A DNA stretch of 40,606 bases from Minisyncoccia bacterium. GTDB lineage: Bacteria; Patescibacteriota; Minisyncoccia; UBA6257. Within the stretch, counting starts at the first letter, position 1. The number at the start of each line of letters is the position of its first letter. The notes under the pieces were generated by a model, which searched no databases, had not been told where the DNA came from, and saw nothing but the letters and a program-made list of their open reading frames with translations. Position numbers and translations under genes: made by a program. Location: positions 1-40,606 of the forward strand of contig JBMFSN010000003.1 in the NCBI GenBank assembly GCA_049967535.1, given 5' to 3'. Of this stretch, positions 18,166 through 28,192 are shown one piece after another.

Positions 18166-19653
18166 TTAAAATTCCAATTTTGGGAACAATGGCTTAGAAA
18201 TTTTTAATTTCACCTTTAACTTTGGCCAATCATTCTCATTTGAACTAAAAAGAGATAACTCTTTTAAAATAGTTTCAGAAGTTTGAGGCATTACCGGAGA
18301 AATTAATAAAGCCACTTTACCCAAAGACAAAATTAAAGTGCTTAAATCTTTTTCGAATTGCTCCTGGTTATTCTTTATACTTAACCAAGGCTTGGCATCT
18401 GTTATATATTTATTTAAAGTATTGATTAAGTCCCAAACCCGAGCTAAGGCTTCATTAAAGCGGAAAGCTTTCATTTGTTCATGATAAACTTTTTCTATGT
18501 CTTTGCTTAAATCCTCTAAATTATTGGTTTGAAGAGGGATAGGTTTTTGAAATTGTTCCCCTAGGGCTAGAATTCTACTAAGAAGATTGCCTAAACCTTG
18601 AGCTAAGTCACTATTGTATCTTTCCTTTATTCTTTTTTCAGAAAAATTACCATCTTCAAAAGAAGAAAATTCACGGATAAAGAAATAACGTACTACTTCT
18701 TTACCATAACGATTAACTAAATCAAAGGGATCAATAATATTACCTAAACTCTTGGACATTTTTTCTCCTTCAAAGGTTAGATAACCATGAACAAAAATTT
18801 GCTTGGGAACATTCAAACCAGCAGAAAGAAGAATAGCCGGCCAATAAACAGCATGAAATCTTAGAATTCCTTTGCCAATAATATGTAAAGTGTGCTCATT
18901 GTTTTGCCACCAATCCTTAAATTTTTGATCTTCCTCAGCGTAACCTAAAGCAGTAATATAGTTTGATAGGGCATCAAACCAAACCCAAATTTTTTGAGAA
19001 GGGTCAGAAGGCACATCAATTCCCCAATGATGAGCCCGTTCGCTAGAGCGAGAAATACAAATATCCTCTAAACCGCTTTCAATAAAACTTAAAACTTCAT
19101 TTTTGCGGCTCTCGGGAATAATTTGTATTTTATCTGAACTAATTAATTCTTTTAATTGATTTTGATAACGAGAAAGACGGAAAAAATAATTTTCCTCTTT
19201 AACTAATTCTGGTTTAGTTTTGTGCTCCGGGCATAAACCATTAACTAGCTCGCTTTCTTTGTAAAATTCTTCGCAGCCAACACAATACAAGCCTTCATAG
19301 CTTTTTTTATAAATATCTTTTTCACAAGCTCGCCATAATTTTTGAGCTCCTAAAATATGACGCTTTTCGGTTGTCCGAATAAAATCATTAATGCTCAGCT
19401 CTAGAGCGTCTTTTAAGTCTAAAAAACGTTTGGCGTTCTTGTTCACTAAAGTTTCTGTGCTCACTCCTTCTCTGATGGCTGATTGAACGTTTTTTAAGCT
19501 ATTTTCATCAGTGCCAGTAAGAAAAAACACCTCCCTCCCAAGAGTTCGATAATATCGGCTAAACACATCAGCCTGAATTTTTTCTAAAGCATGGCCAGCA
19601 TGAGGCATGGCATTAACGTAATCAATAGCTGTAGTAACAAAAAGTTTATCCAT
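18166..19653 (-). CDS. metG: Methionine--tRNA ligase (no C-terminal tRNA-binding domain)
   Basis: TTAIDYVN..PHAGH, TGTDE, YCVGCEEF, VWFDAL.NY, KMSKSLGN. Confidence 0.96.
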   Translation of the reverse strand: MDKLFVTTAIDYVNAMPHAGHALEKIQADVFSRYYRTLGREVFFLTGTDENSLKNVQSAIREGVSTETLVNKNAKRFLDLKDALELSINDFIRTTEKRHILGAQKLWRACEKDIYKKSYEGLYCVGCEEFYKESELVNGLCPEHKTKPELVKEENYFFRLSRYQNQLKELISSDKIQIIPESRKNEVLSFIESGLEDICISRSSERAHHWGIDVPSDPSQKIWVWFDALSNYITALGYAEEDQKFKDWWQNNEHTLHIIGKGILRFHAVYWPAILLSAGLNVPKQIFVHGYLTFEGEKMSKSLGNIIDPFDLVNRYGKEVVRYFFIREFSSFEDGNFSEKRIKERYNSDLAQGLGNLLSRILALGEQFQKPIPLQTNNLEDLSKDIEKVYHEQMKAFRFNEALARVWDLINTLNKYITDAKPWLSIKNNQEQFEKDLSTLILSLGKVALLISPVMPQTSETILKELSLFSSNENDWPKLKVKLKISKPLFPKLEF

Positions 19654-19657
19654 ATTA

Positions 19658-20710
19658 TTACAATAGTTTTTTCTGAGGAAAATAATTATTAATTTTTCCT
19701 CTTCTTAAGTCTCTTAAAAATTCCATTAAGGTAGCAGTTAAAGGAAGAGCCACTAAAATACCCAAGGCTCCTGCTAATTTACCCCCAAAAAGAATGGCAA
19801 AAATAATAATCAAAGGATTCATTTGTAAAACTTTAGCTCGAATAGACGGAGCAATAATATTTTCTAACAACTGAATACCAATAAAAATACCTAAACCAAA
19901 TAAGCTAAAAGTAATACTTTGTTCAAACCCAAAAATTAAAATCAATCCTCCAACTATTGTTGGACCTATATAGGGAATAAAATCTAAAACCCCTGCTAAA
20001 AGAGCTAAAAATTCAGCTTCGGGAAAAGCAATAATTTTAAAAATAACAAAAACTAAAAAGCTAACAAAGACACTAAGAATCAATTGGCTGTAAAACCAAC
20101 CAGCAACTTTCTTTCTTGCTCTTTCCCAGAGATAAATAGGATAATCACCATAACTTTTCGGAGTAATTAAACGAAGGCTATTTTCTAATCCGTAACGTTC
20201 AGTGTTAAAAAAGAAAGCTAAAAGAAAAATTATAGAAACAGAGAAAATGCCTCCTATCATCTTTGTAATAAATCCAATTGATTTATTCACAAAATCAAAA
20301 AGAGGACTATTTATAGAGTTTAAAGAAGGGATAATATTTTTAGCTTTTAAACCTAAATCACTCCCATTAATTAAAAAGTTTTTAATACTTTCTGAATCAA
20401 TATTTAAATTGAATTTGACAATAAATTTAATAAAAGCCTCAAATAGATATGGCATAGAGAGATAGCCCAAAAACCCAATAATGAAAAGACAAACTAAATA
20501 AAGGGTCAATGTGGCTAACCAACGGTTTTTTATTTTTAAAGTTAAATAGTTAATCGGCTCTTCTAGCAAAGAAGCAATAATAAAAGCTCCTAAAATAAGA
20601 AGAAGGATTTCACGAAAAAACCAAATAGCGATAAATAATAAAATAATAACAGCCAAACGCCAAAGACTTTGCCAAGATATGTCTAATGTTTGTTTATGTT
20701 CTTCTAACAT
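19658..20710 (-). CDS. AI-2E family (PerM/UPF0118) transporter
   Basis: Multi-TM, FIPYIGP, QLLENIIAP, GALGILVALPL. Confidence 0.9.
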   Translation of the reverse strand: MLEEHKQTLDISWQSLWRLAVIILLFIAIWFFREILLLILGAFIIASLLEEPINYLTLKIKNRWLATLTLYLVCLFIIGFLGYLSMPYLFEAFIKFIVKFNLNIDSESIKNFLINGSDLGLKAKNIIPSLNSINSPLFDFVNKSIGFITKMIGGIFSVSIIFLLAFFFNTERYGLENSLRLITPKSYGDYPIYLWERARKKVAGWFYSQLILSVFVSFLVFVIFKIIAFPEAEFLALLAGVLDFIPYIGPTIVGGLILIFGFEQSITFSLFGLGIFIGIQLLENIIAPSIRAKVLQMNPLIIIFAILFGGKLAGALGILVALPLTATLMEFLRDLRRGKINNYFPQKKLL

Positions 20711-21988
20711 TTAAAAATTATTATTTAAAATTTTCAGTAAGTGATTTTTGTTTTGGTGAGGACCAATTAAAGTAAGGTTTAAATGTTTTGGAATCAAAAA
20801 TTTTTGAGCTGTTTTTCTTAAGTCAAGAGCGCTGAGAGATTTAATTTTATTTAAATAAGCTTGAGGGGTTTCTATATTGTTTTTCAATAATTCTTGATAG
20901 GCATAATCGTTAGTTACGTCGTGAATATTTTCCATACTCAGGGCAATTTTGCCATAGAGATAATTTTTAGCTTTTTTGATTTCTTGAGGAGAAAACAGAT
21001 CTATTTTAAATTTGCGCCATTCTTTTAAAATAGCATCTAAGATAATTTCTAAACGAGCATTATCAATACCCGCTTGGACTGCCCAAAACCCATAATCACT
21101 ATTATAAGACATAACACTTTTAACATAATAAGCAGCTCCCAGTTTTTCTCTCACTGTCTGAAATAGAATACCTGACATCCCTCCGTCGAAAATGGCATCC
21201 AAAAGATCTAAGGGATAGCGATAAGAATTTAAAAAACTTACTCCCCTAAAACCTAAGATAAGATGAGTTTGGTCGGTTTTCTTTTCTTGTAATAATATCT
21301 GGGGAGAATTCTGTTTTTCTTTTACCAAGGGTTTCTTTTGCCCAGAGCCAGAAAGGATATTCTTAAACAATTTATTGACTTTATCAATTATTTCTTTTTG
21401 ATTAAAATTACCGCTAATAGCCACTAAAGTGGACAGAGCTCGATACTGACGCTCATGATAATTTAAGAAATCTTGCCTCGTAAATTTATCAATATTCTTT
21501 TTAGGCCCTAAAGTAGACCAACCAGCTGGTTGATCACCATACAAAAGTTTTTGCCATAATTCCCAAACATGTTGTTGAGGTAAATCAGCATACATATTAA
21601 TTTCTTCTTTAATAACTCCCCTTTCTTTTTCTAACTCTTTTTCTGGAAATTGAGAATTAAGGTAAATATCAGAAGTTAAATCAAGAGCTAAATCTCGATA
21701 GCGCGAGGCTACTTTCACCCAATAACCAGTCACTTCGTTACTAGTAAAAGCATTATAAGAACCCCCTACGTTATCCAAATCCTGGGTAATTTCTAAATTA
21801 GAGGGCCTTTTTTTAGTTCCTTTAAAACACATATGCTCTAAAAAATGAGATAAGCCATTAATCTCTTTGGTCTCAAAATCGGAACCTGTATTAACCAAAA
21901 CCATGCTCTGGAAAGAAAGAGAGTCTTTAGAAGGAATCATTAATAAACGTAATCCGTTATTGAAAGTTTTGAGATAATATTTATACAT
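20711..21988 (-). CDS. M16 (pitrilysin-family) zinc peptidase
   Basis: GLSHFLEHMCFKGT (HxxEH), NAFTS, ERGVIKEE, LFQTVREKLG. Confidence 0.95.
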   Translation of the reverse strand: MYKYYLKTFNNGLRLLMIPSKDSLSFQSMVLVNTGSDFETKEINGLSHFLEHMCFKGTKKRPSNLEITQDLDNVGGSYNAFTSNEVTGYWVKVASRYRDLALDLTSDIYLNSQFPEKELEKERGVIKEEINMYADLPQQHVWELWQKLLYGDQPAGWSTLGPKKNIDKFTRQDFLNYHERQYRALSTLVAISGNFNQKEIIDKVNKLFKNILSGSGQKKPLVKEKQNSPQILLQEKKTDQTHLILGFRGVSFLNSYRYPLDLLDAIFDGGMSGILFQTVREKLGAAYYVKSVMSYNSDYGFWAVQAGIDNARLEIILDAILKEWRKFKIDLFSPQEIKKAKNYLYGKIALSMENIHDVTNDYAYQELLKNNIETPQAYLNKIKSLSALDLRKTAQKFLIPKHLNLTLIGPHQNKNHLLKILNNNF

Positions 21989-21995
21989 AAAAATT

Positions 21996-23357
21996 CTAAC
22001 TCTTGCTTAATTTTTCTAAGACAAAGACTTCTATTTCTTCAATTTTTATTCTTTCCTGCTGCATAGTATCTCGGTCTCTCAAAGTAACAGTTTTATCTTC
22101 TAAACTTTGGTGATCAATTGTTATTCCCCAAGGCGTTCCAATTTCATCTTGACGACGATAGCGACGTCCAATAGAGCCAACCTCGTCATAATCAATGAGA
22201 AAATCAAATTTTTTCTGCAAATTTTGATAAATATCTTGGGCCATTTTAACTAATTCGGGATTATTTTTTAAAAGGGGAAAAATGGCCAATTTTATCGGTG
22301 ATAATCGAGGGTGTAATTTTAAAACAATTCTTGTCTCCCCATTTTTATCCTGTTCTTCGTGATAAGCGTCAAGAAGAAAAGCCAATAGAGAGCGTTCTAC
22401 CCCTGCTGATGGTTCAATAATATAAGGTAAATACGTTTCTTTGGTACTTTCGTCAAAATATTTTAAGTCCTGGCCAGAATATTCAAGATGGTTCCTTAAA
22501 TCAAAATCAGTTCGATTAGCTATTCCTTCTAATTCTCCCCAACCTTCACCATTTAAAAAAGGAAATTGATACTCAACGTCAGCACAATTTTTAGCATAAT
22601 GGGCTAATTCTTCTTTGCTGTGTTCTCTTAATCTTAAGTGGTTCATATCAAGACCTAAACTTTGATACCATTTCATCCTTTCCTCTTGCCAATACTGATA
22701 CCATTTCTTATCTTCAGAAGGTTTGACAAAATATTCTAATTCCATTTGCTCAAATTCTCTAGTCCGGAAGATAAAATTTCCAGGGGTAATTTCATTACGA
22801 AAAGATTTGCCAATTTGAGCAATACCAAAAGGAATTTTTTGACGACTAGTATTAAGAATCTGTTTAAAATTAATAAAAATTCCCTGAGCAGTTTCTGGTC
22901 TCAAATAAGCTAGATGACTAGAATCTTCTACTGGGCCTAAAAAAGTTTTAAACATTAAATTAAACTTTTTTTCTTCTGTTAATTCTCCTCCGCATAGAGG
23001 ACAATGAGGATAGCCGTCCTTCATAGACACTTCTCCATATTTACCATTAAAAAGATCATCTGCTCGAAAACGAGTATGGCAAGATTTACATTCTACCAAG
23101 GGGTCGGTAAAGCCAGTAACATGACCTGAAGCTTCCCAAACTTTAGGGTTAATGATAATAGCTGAATCTAAACCAACCACATTACTTCGTTCTAAAACAA
23201 TATTTTTCCACCAATCTTTCTTGATATTATTTTTTAGTTCCACTCCTAGAGGACCGAAATCCCAGGTATTGGCTATTCCTCCATAAATTTCTGAATCAGG
23301 AAAAATAAATCCTCGACGCTTACATAAAGAAACAATTTTGTCCATTAAATCACTCAT
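21996..23357 (-). CDS. glyQS: Glycine--tRNA ligase, homodimeric alpha2 type
   Basis: LCKRRGF, YLRPETAQG, SFRNEITP, FRTREFEQME, IEPSAG, SIGRRYRRQDEIGTP. Confidence 0.97.
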   Translation of the reverse strand: MSDLMDKIVSLCKRRGFIFPDSEIYGGIANTWDFGPLGVELKNNIKKDWWKNIVLERSNVVGLDSAIIINPKVWEASGHVTGFTDPLVECKSCHTRFRADDLFNGKYGEVSMKDGYPHCPLCGGELTEEKKFNLMFKTFLGPVEDSSHLAYLRPETAQGIFINFKQILNTSRQKIPFGIAQIGKSFRNEITPGNFIFRTREFEQMELEYFVKPSEDKKWYQYWQEERMKWYQSLGLDMNHLRLREHSKEELAHYAKNCADVEYQFPFLNGEGWGELEGIANRTDFDLRNHLEYSGQDLKYFDESTKETYLPYIIEPSAGVERSLLAFLLDAYHEEQDKNGETRIVLKLHPRLSPIKLAIFPLLKNNPELVKMAQDIYQNLQKKFDFLIDYDEVGSIGRRYRRQDEIGTPWGITIDHQSLEDKTVTLRDRDTMQQERIKIEEIEVFVLEKLSKS

Positions 23358-23381
23358 AATAAAAAATTAAAAATTTATTTT

Positions 23382-25121
23382 CTATGGTCTTACTAATCCT
23401 CCGTTATAGGGCATAGCTGGATCAGTTATTTTTAAAGAGTTAACCCCTGGATAGGTTAAATTAATATTGCTTAAAGTGAAAGCATCAGTAGCTTGAAAAG
23501 TAGTTTCATTAGTTAAATCTATCCCCTGATTCACTTGAGAAGATAAAGGTGTCACTCTAATTTGAAAAATAGCTTCATATGGTTTTAAAACTGAACCTAC
23601 CCCTACAGGGATACTAGGTAAAGACCAGGTAATTTGACGAGTTCTAGGGTCATAAGAAGGAGGATAATCTCCATAATTACCTGCTATTTGATTAGTCCAA
23701 TCGACCCAAAGAGGTAAAGTAGTTTGGATTGTTATGTTATTGAGAGTATTGTAGGTATTAATAATCTTCCAATGAATAGTGAAATCAGTTGGCTCACCCG
23801 CTTTGAGAGGTAATTTGCCAGTATTAGCTATTTGACTGGGAACGTCCCAGAAATAACTACCAATAGAAAGGGAACAATCACTATTTAATTTAACGGTATC
23901 GATGGCTTGAGCTCTAGGTAAACCTTGGTAACCTAATTCTTCGGGAACACTAGCACTTTCAATAGTAGTTTTTACTTCCAGCACTATATTTTTTTGTGCC
24001 AAACTTTGCATTGACCAACTTTTTTTTAAATTAACTGAAAAATTTAAGGTTCCATTCTGACTCGGATTTAAAACATACAGATCTTTTACTCGAGCTCCAG
24101 TCCAGGTGATAGTTTGCAATCTACTAGAAAAAATTCCGCTAGGAGCTTTAAGAGTAGAAAAATCAAAAACATCTCCATTTAGTTGAACCTTTACTGTTAA
24201 ATCACGTAAACTAGATGAATAATTATTGAGATAATTAATGGTAAAATCTAATTCATCTCCTAAATTGGCATTATAATTGGTATCTCCATTGACAAAAACA
24301 GATAATTGCAAAGGATTATTGATCAGATTAATCAGACCTTCTGTTTGAGCTAGAGGCAAGAAATTACCATTTTGATTGGTACCCAAAGTGAAGACAATTT
24401 TTTTACTTTCCCCATCTTGGCCAGAAAGTGAGCCATTGACAGTGATTTTCCCTTGTCCTGAGGCGCTAACTGAACCAATGGTCCATTTATTATTACTTCC
24501 CCTCTCTTTGGTAACATCAGGATTAGAGCTCTCAAAAGAAAAGCCTGTCGGCCAATCTGTTCTTAATTCTAAATTATCAAATGACTCGTTAGATAAATTG
24601 GCCCAGTTAATTTCTAAAGGAAAAGTTTGGTCAATAAAAACTTTATTAGGCACCTTAACTTCTAAATTAAAGCTGGAACCATTCAAAAGAACTGTTTTTA
24701 CGACATCTTTAGTAAAACTAGAAGAAAGACCTTTAGGGCGATAAGTTAAAACAGCCTCAATATTTCTAGCCGACTGAGAGCCTCCTAAAAGCATTAAACT
24801 TAATGTTTGAGTATTTGAGTTGTTAGCTAAAATTTCTCCAATATTAAAATCAATGGTTTTTTTAGCTGGATTATCGCTCAAAGCTACTCCTTCTCCCAGG
24901 CGAATCTCTAAAGAGCAATCTTCTAAAGCCACTCTTGAATTATTACTATATTGAAACTGAAATTGTCCTATTTCCCCTGCCTTAAGAGTATCTGGGCCAA
25001 TAATAGAAAGATTAACTCCGCCATTGTTTAAAAGATTAATAACTAAATAAACCAAAAGGGTTACTCCAAGAATAACTAAGACAATCAGACCTAAGTTCTG
25101 GAATAATTTTTGATTCTTCAT
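23382..25121 (-). CDS. Single-TM surface protein with several Ig-like (DUF11-like) beta domains
   Basis: N-terminal TM, repeated GE/GD..F.I.Y.N...L..L.V patterns and ITW motifs. Confidence 0.6.
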   Translation of the reverse strand: MKNQKLFQNLGLIVLVILGVTLLVYLVINLLNNGGVNLSIIGPDTLKAGEIGQFQFQYSNNSRVALEDCSLEIRLGEGVALSDNPAKKTIDFNIGEILANNSNTQTLSLMLLGGSQSARNIEAVLTYRPKGLSSSFTKDVVKTVLLNGSSFNLEVKVPNKVFIDQTFPLEINWANLSNESFDNLELRTDWPTGFSFESSNPDVTKERGSNNKWTIGSVSASGQGKITVNGSLSGQDGESKKIVFTLGTNQNGNFLPLAQTEGLINLINNPLQLSVFVNGDTNYNANLGDELDFTINYLNNYSSSLRDLTVKVQLNGDVFDFSTLKAPSGIFSSRLQTITWTGARVKDLYVLNPSQNGTLNFSVNLKKSWSMQSLAQKNIVLEVKTTIESASVPEELGYQGLPRAQAIDTVKLNSDCSLSIGSYFWDVPSQIANTGKLPLKAGEPTDFTIHWKIINTYNTLNNITIQTTLPLWVDWTNQIAGNYGDYPPSYDPRTRQITWSLPSIPVGVGSVLKPYEAIFQIRVTPLSSQVNQGIDLTNETTFQATDAFTLSNINLTYPGVNSLKITDPAMPYNGGLVRP

Positions 25122-25136
25122 ATTATTATTTTAAAT

Positions 25137-25862
25137 TTATTTATTTAATATATCAAATTTTATCATTAAAGTAAATTGTTCTAAGAAGCTGGAAAGAAAT
25201 TTTTTTTCTTCTAAAATTTGATTGATAAGAGAGAGAGAAGTAAATTTTCCCAAAGAAAGATTAAATAACGCTTTAAGGTATTTTTTTTGTTCTAAAGAAA
25301 TAGGTAAATCGCCTTTAGTAAAGTGACGAGAACAAACTAATCCTCTTTTTGAAAAACTAAAATAATGGGTATCTCGATACCCACATTCAACACACCCATC
25401 TAAAAAAGGTTGATAACCTAATAATTTTAAAAATTGAGCTTCAAAATATAATTCGCTAAAAAGAGAAACACTTTTTGATTGATTTAAATTATTTTCTAAA
25501 AAATATAAAATATCAGATAAAAATTGAAATAATTCAGTGTCTTTTTGATTACCAATGATTAATTCATCAACTAAGTTCAAAATTTTAAAGGATGTTTTGA
25601 GAGCTTGAGGATCGTGTTTAATCTTCAAATAAGGATTTTTTTCTAGAGCAGTAATTAATTTAGGACGATAACCGAGAGCAAAGTTGATATCCACCAAAGA
25701 TGGTAATTCTAAATGACCAGATAATTTAGCTAAAATATCCCTTGTTCCCTTAGCTAATAAATCTAAATGTCCATAATCTTTGGTAAAAAAATGATAGACA
25801 TTATCTTTTTCGCCAGTAATTTCCTTTTTTAAAATAAAGGCTTCTGTTGAATAATATTCCAT
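25137..25862 (-). CDS. recO: DNA repair protein RecO
   Basis: EAFILK...GEKD...FT.DYG....AKG, LLGYQP.L.GCVECG...GLVC zinc finger. Confidence 0.93.
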   Translation of the reverse strand: MEYYSTEAFILKKEITGEKDNVYHFFTKDYGHLDLLAKGTRDILAKLSGHLELPSLVDINFALGYRPKLITALEKNPYLKIKHDPQALKTSFKILNLVDELIIGNQKDTELFQFLSDILYFLENNLNQSKSVSLFSELYFEAQFLKLLGYQPFLDGCVECGYRDTHYFSFSKRGLVCSRHFTKGDLPISLEQKKYLKALFNLSLGKFTSLSLINQILEEKKFLSSFLEQFTLMIKFDILNK

Positions 25863-25899
25863 AATAGTATCTTGTATCTAGTATACAGGATAAAGTGTT

Positions 25900-25927
25900 T
25901 TGATTTCAATAAAAAATAAGGTATAAT
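25900..25927 (+). promoter_or_regulatory. Sigma70 promoter for tRNA-Arg(GCG)-recG
   Basis: TTGATT-N16-TATAAT, 11 nt before the tRNA. Confidence 0.65.
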
Positions 25928-25938
25928 CTAAAAAAGAA

Positions 25939-26013
25939 GCCCCCGTAGTTCAACGGATAGAATACAGGTTTGCGGAACCCGCGATGGAAGTTCGATTCTT
26001 CCCGGGGGCACCA
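25939..26013 (+). tRNA. tRNA-Arg(GCG)
   Basis: GCCCCCG/CGGGGGC acceptor, anticodon loop TTGCGGA, A20 in D loop, encoded CCA. Confidence 0.92.
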
Positions 26014-26025
26014 TTTCTTATCACC

Positions 26026-28191
26026 ATGAATGTTGTTTTTCAACTTTCTGATCCTGTCTCTAAAGTGCGCGGTGTAGGACCGCGTTATTTAAAATATCTA
26101 AATAAATTGGGTATTAAAACAGTTAAAGATTTACTGTGGCATTTTCCTTTTCGCTATGAAGATTTTTCTCAAATAAAAAAAATCAAAGACCTTCAACCCA
26201 ACGAAACTTGTTCTCTTATCGCTACTATTAAAAAAGTTAATCTTTATCGTAGTCCTAGAAAAAGGATAACCATTATTAATGCTCAAGCCTATGATGATAC
26301 TGGCTCTATTAATATCATTTGGTTTAATCAACTTTATCTTTTAAAAAACATTCCGCCTGGCACAACCTTATCTTTGTCAGGTAAAACTAAGGCTCAAGGA
26401 AAAAAATTAATTCTTTCTAGCCCTTCTTATGAAATTCTTTCTCGCCAAAAATTAGAAGACAATGCTTTCGAAGATTTAAAACATACCGGTCGTCTTGTCC
26501 CTATTTATCCAGAGACAGAAGGATTAAGCTCTAAAGCTCTCCGTTCCTTTATCAAACCTCTTTTGGATTATTCTTTTAACTTTAAAGAATATCTACCAGA
26601 TACCCTTTTACAAAAATACCGGCTTCTTCCTTTAGCTATAGCTTTAAAACAAATCCATTTTCCTGATTCTTTTGAAATAGCTCAAAAAGCCAAAGAAAGA
26701 TTTATTTTTGAATCACTTCTCTTTTCTCAGCTTTATCTTTTAAAAATCAGAAGGAAAATTGGGCTTTTGCCTTATCCTAAAATAAATCTCGATATTGAGT
26801 TTCTTCAACAATTTGTCAAAAATCTACCTTTCCAGTTAACCGAAGCTCAAAGAAAAAGTCTCTGGAAAATAAGTCAAAACTTGAATACTCGACTGATGAA
26901 CCGCCTTTTAGAGGGAGAAGTGGGCTCGGGTAAAACTATTATTGCTTTAGCAGCCTCCCTTTTAACTTTGAGGAGTCAATATCAAGTTGCCTTTTTGGCC
27001 CCTACTGAACTTTTAGCCCGTCAGCATTTTGAAAAATTCAAGGCTTTCACTGATAATTATAAAATAAGAATAGCTCTTTTAACTTCCAACCAGGCCAAAA
27101 TTTATGATGCAGGATTAGAAGGACCTCTCTCTAAAAAAACCCTTAATAAGATTATCAGTTCTTCTCTGCCAATTATTGTTATTGGGACGCATGCTCTTAT
27201 CCAAAAAAATGTTCATTTTTACAAATTAGGTTTAGTAATTGTTGATGAGCAACATCGTTTTGGGGTAGAACAAAGAAAAAAGCTTTTATCCCCTAGCATC
27301 GCGACCAAAGAAATTCCTCATCTTTTGTCTTTAACCGCAACCCCTATTCCCAGAACATTAGCTTTGGTGTTTTATGGAGATATGGACCTTTCTATTCTAG
27401 ATGAATTACCCCAGGAACGAAAACAAGTGATTACCAAAATTGTTCCTCCCAAAGATAAGGAAAAGGTTTATCAATTCGTAAGAGGGGAGGCTCAAAAAGG
27501 AAGACAAACTTTTGTTATTTGCCCTAGAATAGAAGAAACAGAAACTTCTCCCTTGGATTTTTCGGCCAAAAATCTTTTATCCTTGGCCGACAAAATAAAT
27601 TATGAAGTCAAAGCTGTAAAAAAAGAATATGATAAATTAAGTAAAGAAGTTTTTCCTGACTTAAAAGTTGCGATGCTTCATGGCAAAATGAAACCCCAAG
27701 AAAAAGAAAAAATTATGCAAGACTTTCAAAATAATAAAATTAATATTTTGGTATCTACTTCTGTGGTAGAAGTAGGTATTGATATTCCCAATGCTACAGT
27801 GATGATTATCGAAGGCTCGGAACATTTTGGCCTAGCTCAGTTACATCAATTTAGAGGAAGAGTAGGACGTTTTAAATACCAATCCTATTGCTTTCTTTTC
27901 ACAGAATCATCCTCTAAGACAAGTCATAGCCGTTTAGAGGCCTTAGTAAGATATCACGATGGTTTTAAATTAGCAGAAATGGATTTATCTCTCAGAGGAC
28001 CAGGAGAATTTTTAGGGACCAAACAATCAGGCATTCCTGATTTATTAATGAGCTCTTTAATTGACAAAGCAATGATTGAAAAAGTTCATTTTGTCGCCCA
28101 AAGTCTTCTTCAAGAAGATTACTATTTAAAAAAGTGGCCTTTATTATTAGCCACTTTTAAAGAATTTATTAAAGAAAACAGAAAAGGGTAA
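26026..28191 (+). CDS. recG: ATP-dependent DNA helicase RecG
   Basis: HFPFRYED, MNRLLEGEVGSGKT, DEQHRFG, TATPIPRTL, QLHQFRGRVGR, RGPGE. Start moved to ATG 26026 because the track start lies inside the tRNA. Confidence 0.96.
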   Translation: MNVVFQLSDPVSKVRGVGPRYLKYLNKLGIKTVKDLLWHFPFRYEDFSQIKKIKDLQPNETCSLIATIKKVNLYRSPRKRITIINAQAYDDTGSINIIWFNQLYLLKNIPPGTTLSLSGKTKAQGKKLILSSPSYEILSRQKLEDNAFEDLKHTGRLVPIYPETEGLSSKALRSFIKPLLDYSFNFKEYLPDTLLQKYRLLPLAIALKQIHFPDSFEIAQKAKERFIFESLLFSQLYLLKIRRKIGLLPYPKINLDIEFLQQFVKNLPFQLTEAQRKSLWKISQNLNTRLMNRLLEGEVGSGKTIIALAASLLTLRSQYQVAFLAPTELLARQHFEKFKAFTDNYKIRIALLTSNQAKIYDAGLEGPLSKKTLNKIISSSLPIIVIGTHALIQKNVHFYKLGLVIVDEQHRFGVEQRKKLLSPSIATKEIPHLLSLTATPIPRTLALVFYGDMDLSILDELPQERKQVITKIVPPKDKEKVYQFVRGEAQKGRQTFVICPRIEETETSPLDFSAKNLLSLADKINYEVKAVKKEYDKLSKEVFPDLKVAMLHGKMKPQEKEKIMQDFQNNKINILVSTSVVEVGIDIPNATVMIIEGSEHFGLAQLHQFRGRVGRFKYQSYCFLFTESSSKTSHSRLEALVRYHDGFKLAEMDLSLRGPGEFLGTKQSGIPDLLMSSLIDKAMIEKVHFVAQSLLQEDYYLKKWPLLLATFKEFIKENRKG

Positions 28192-28192
28192 T

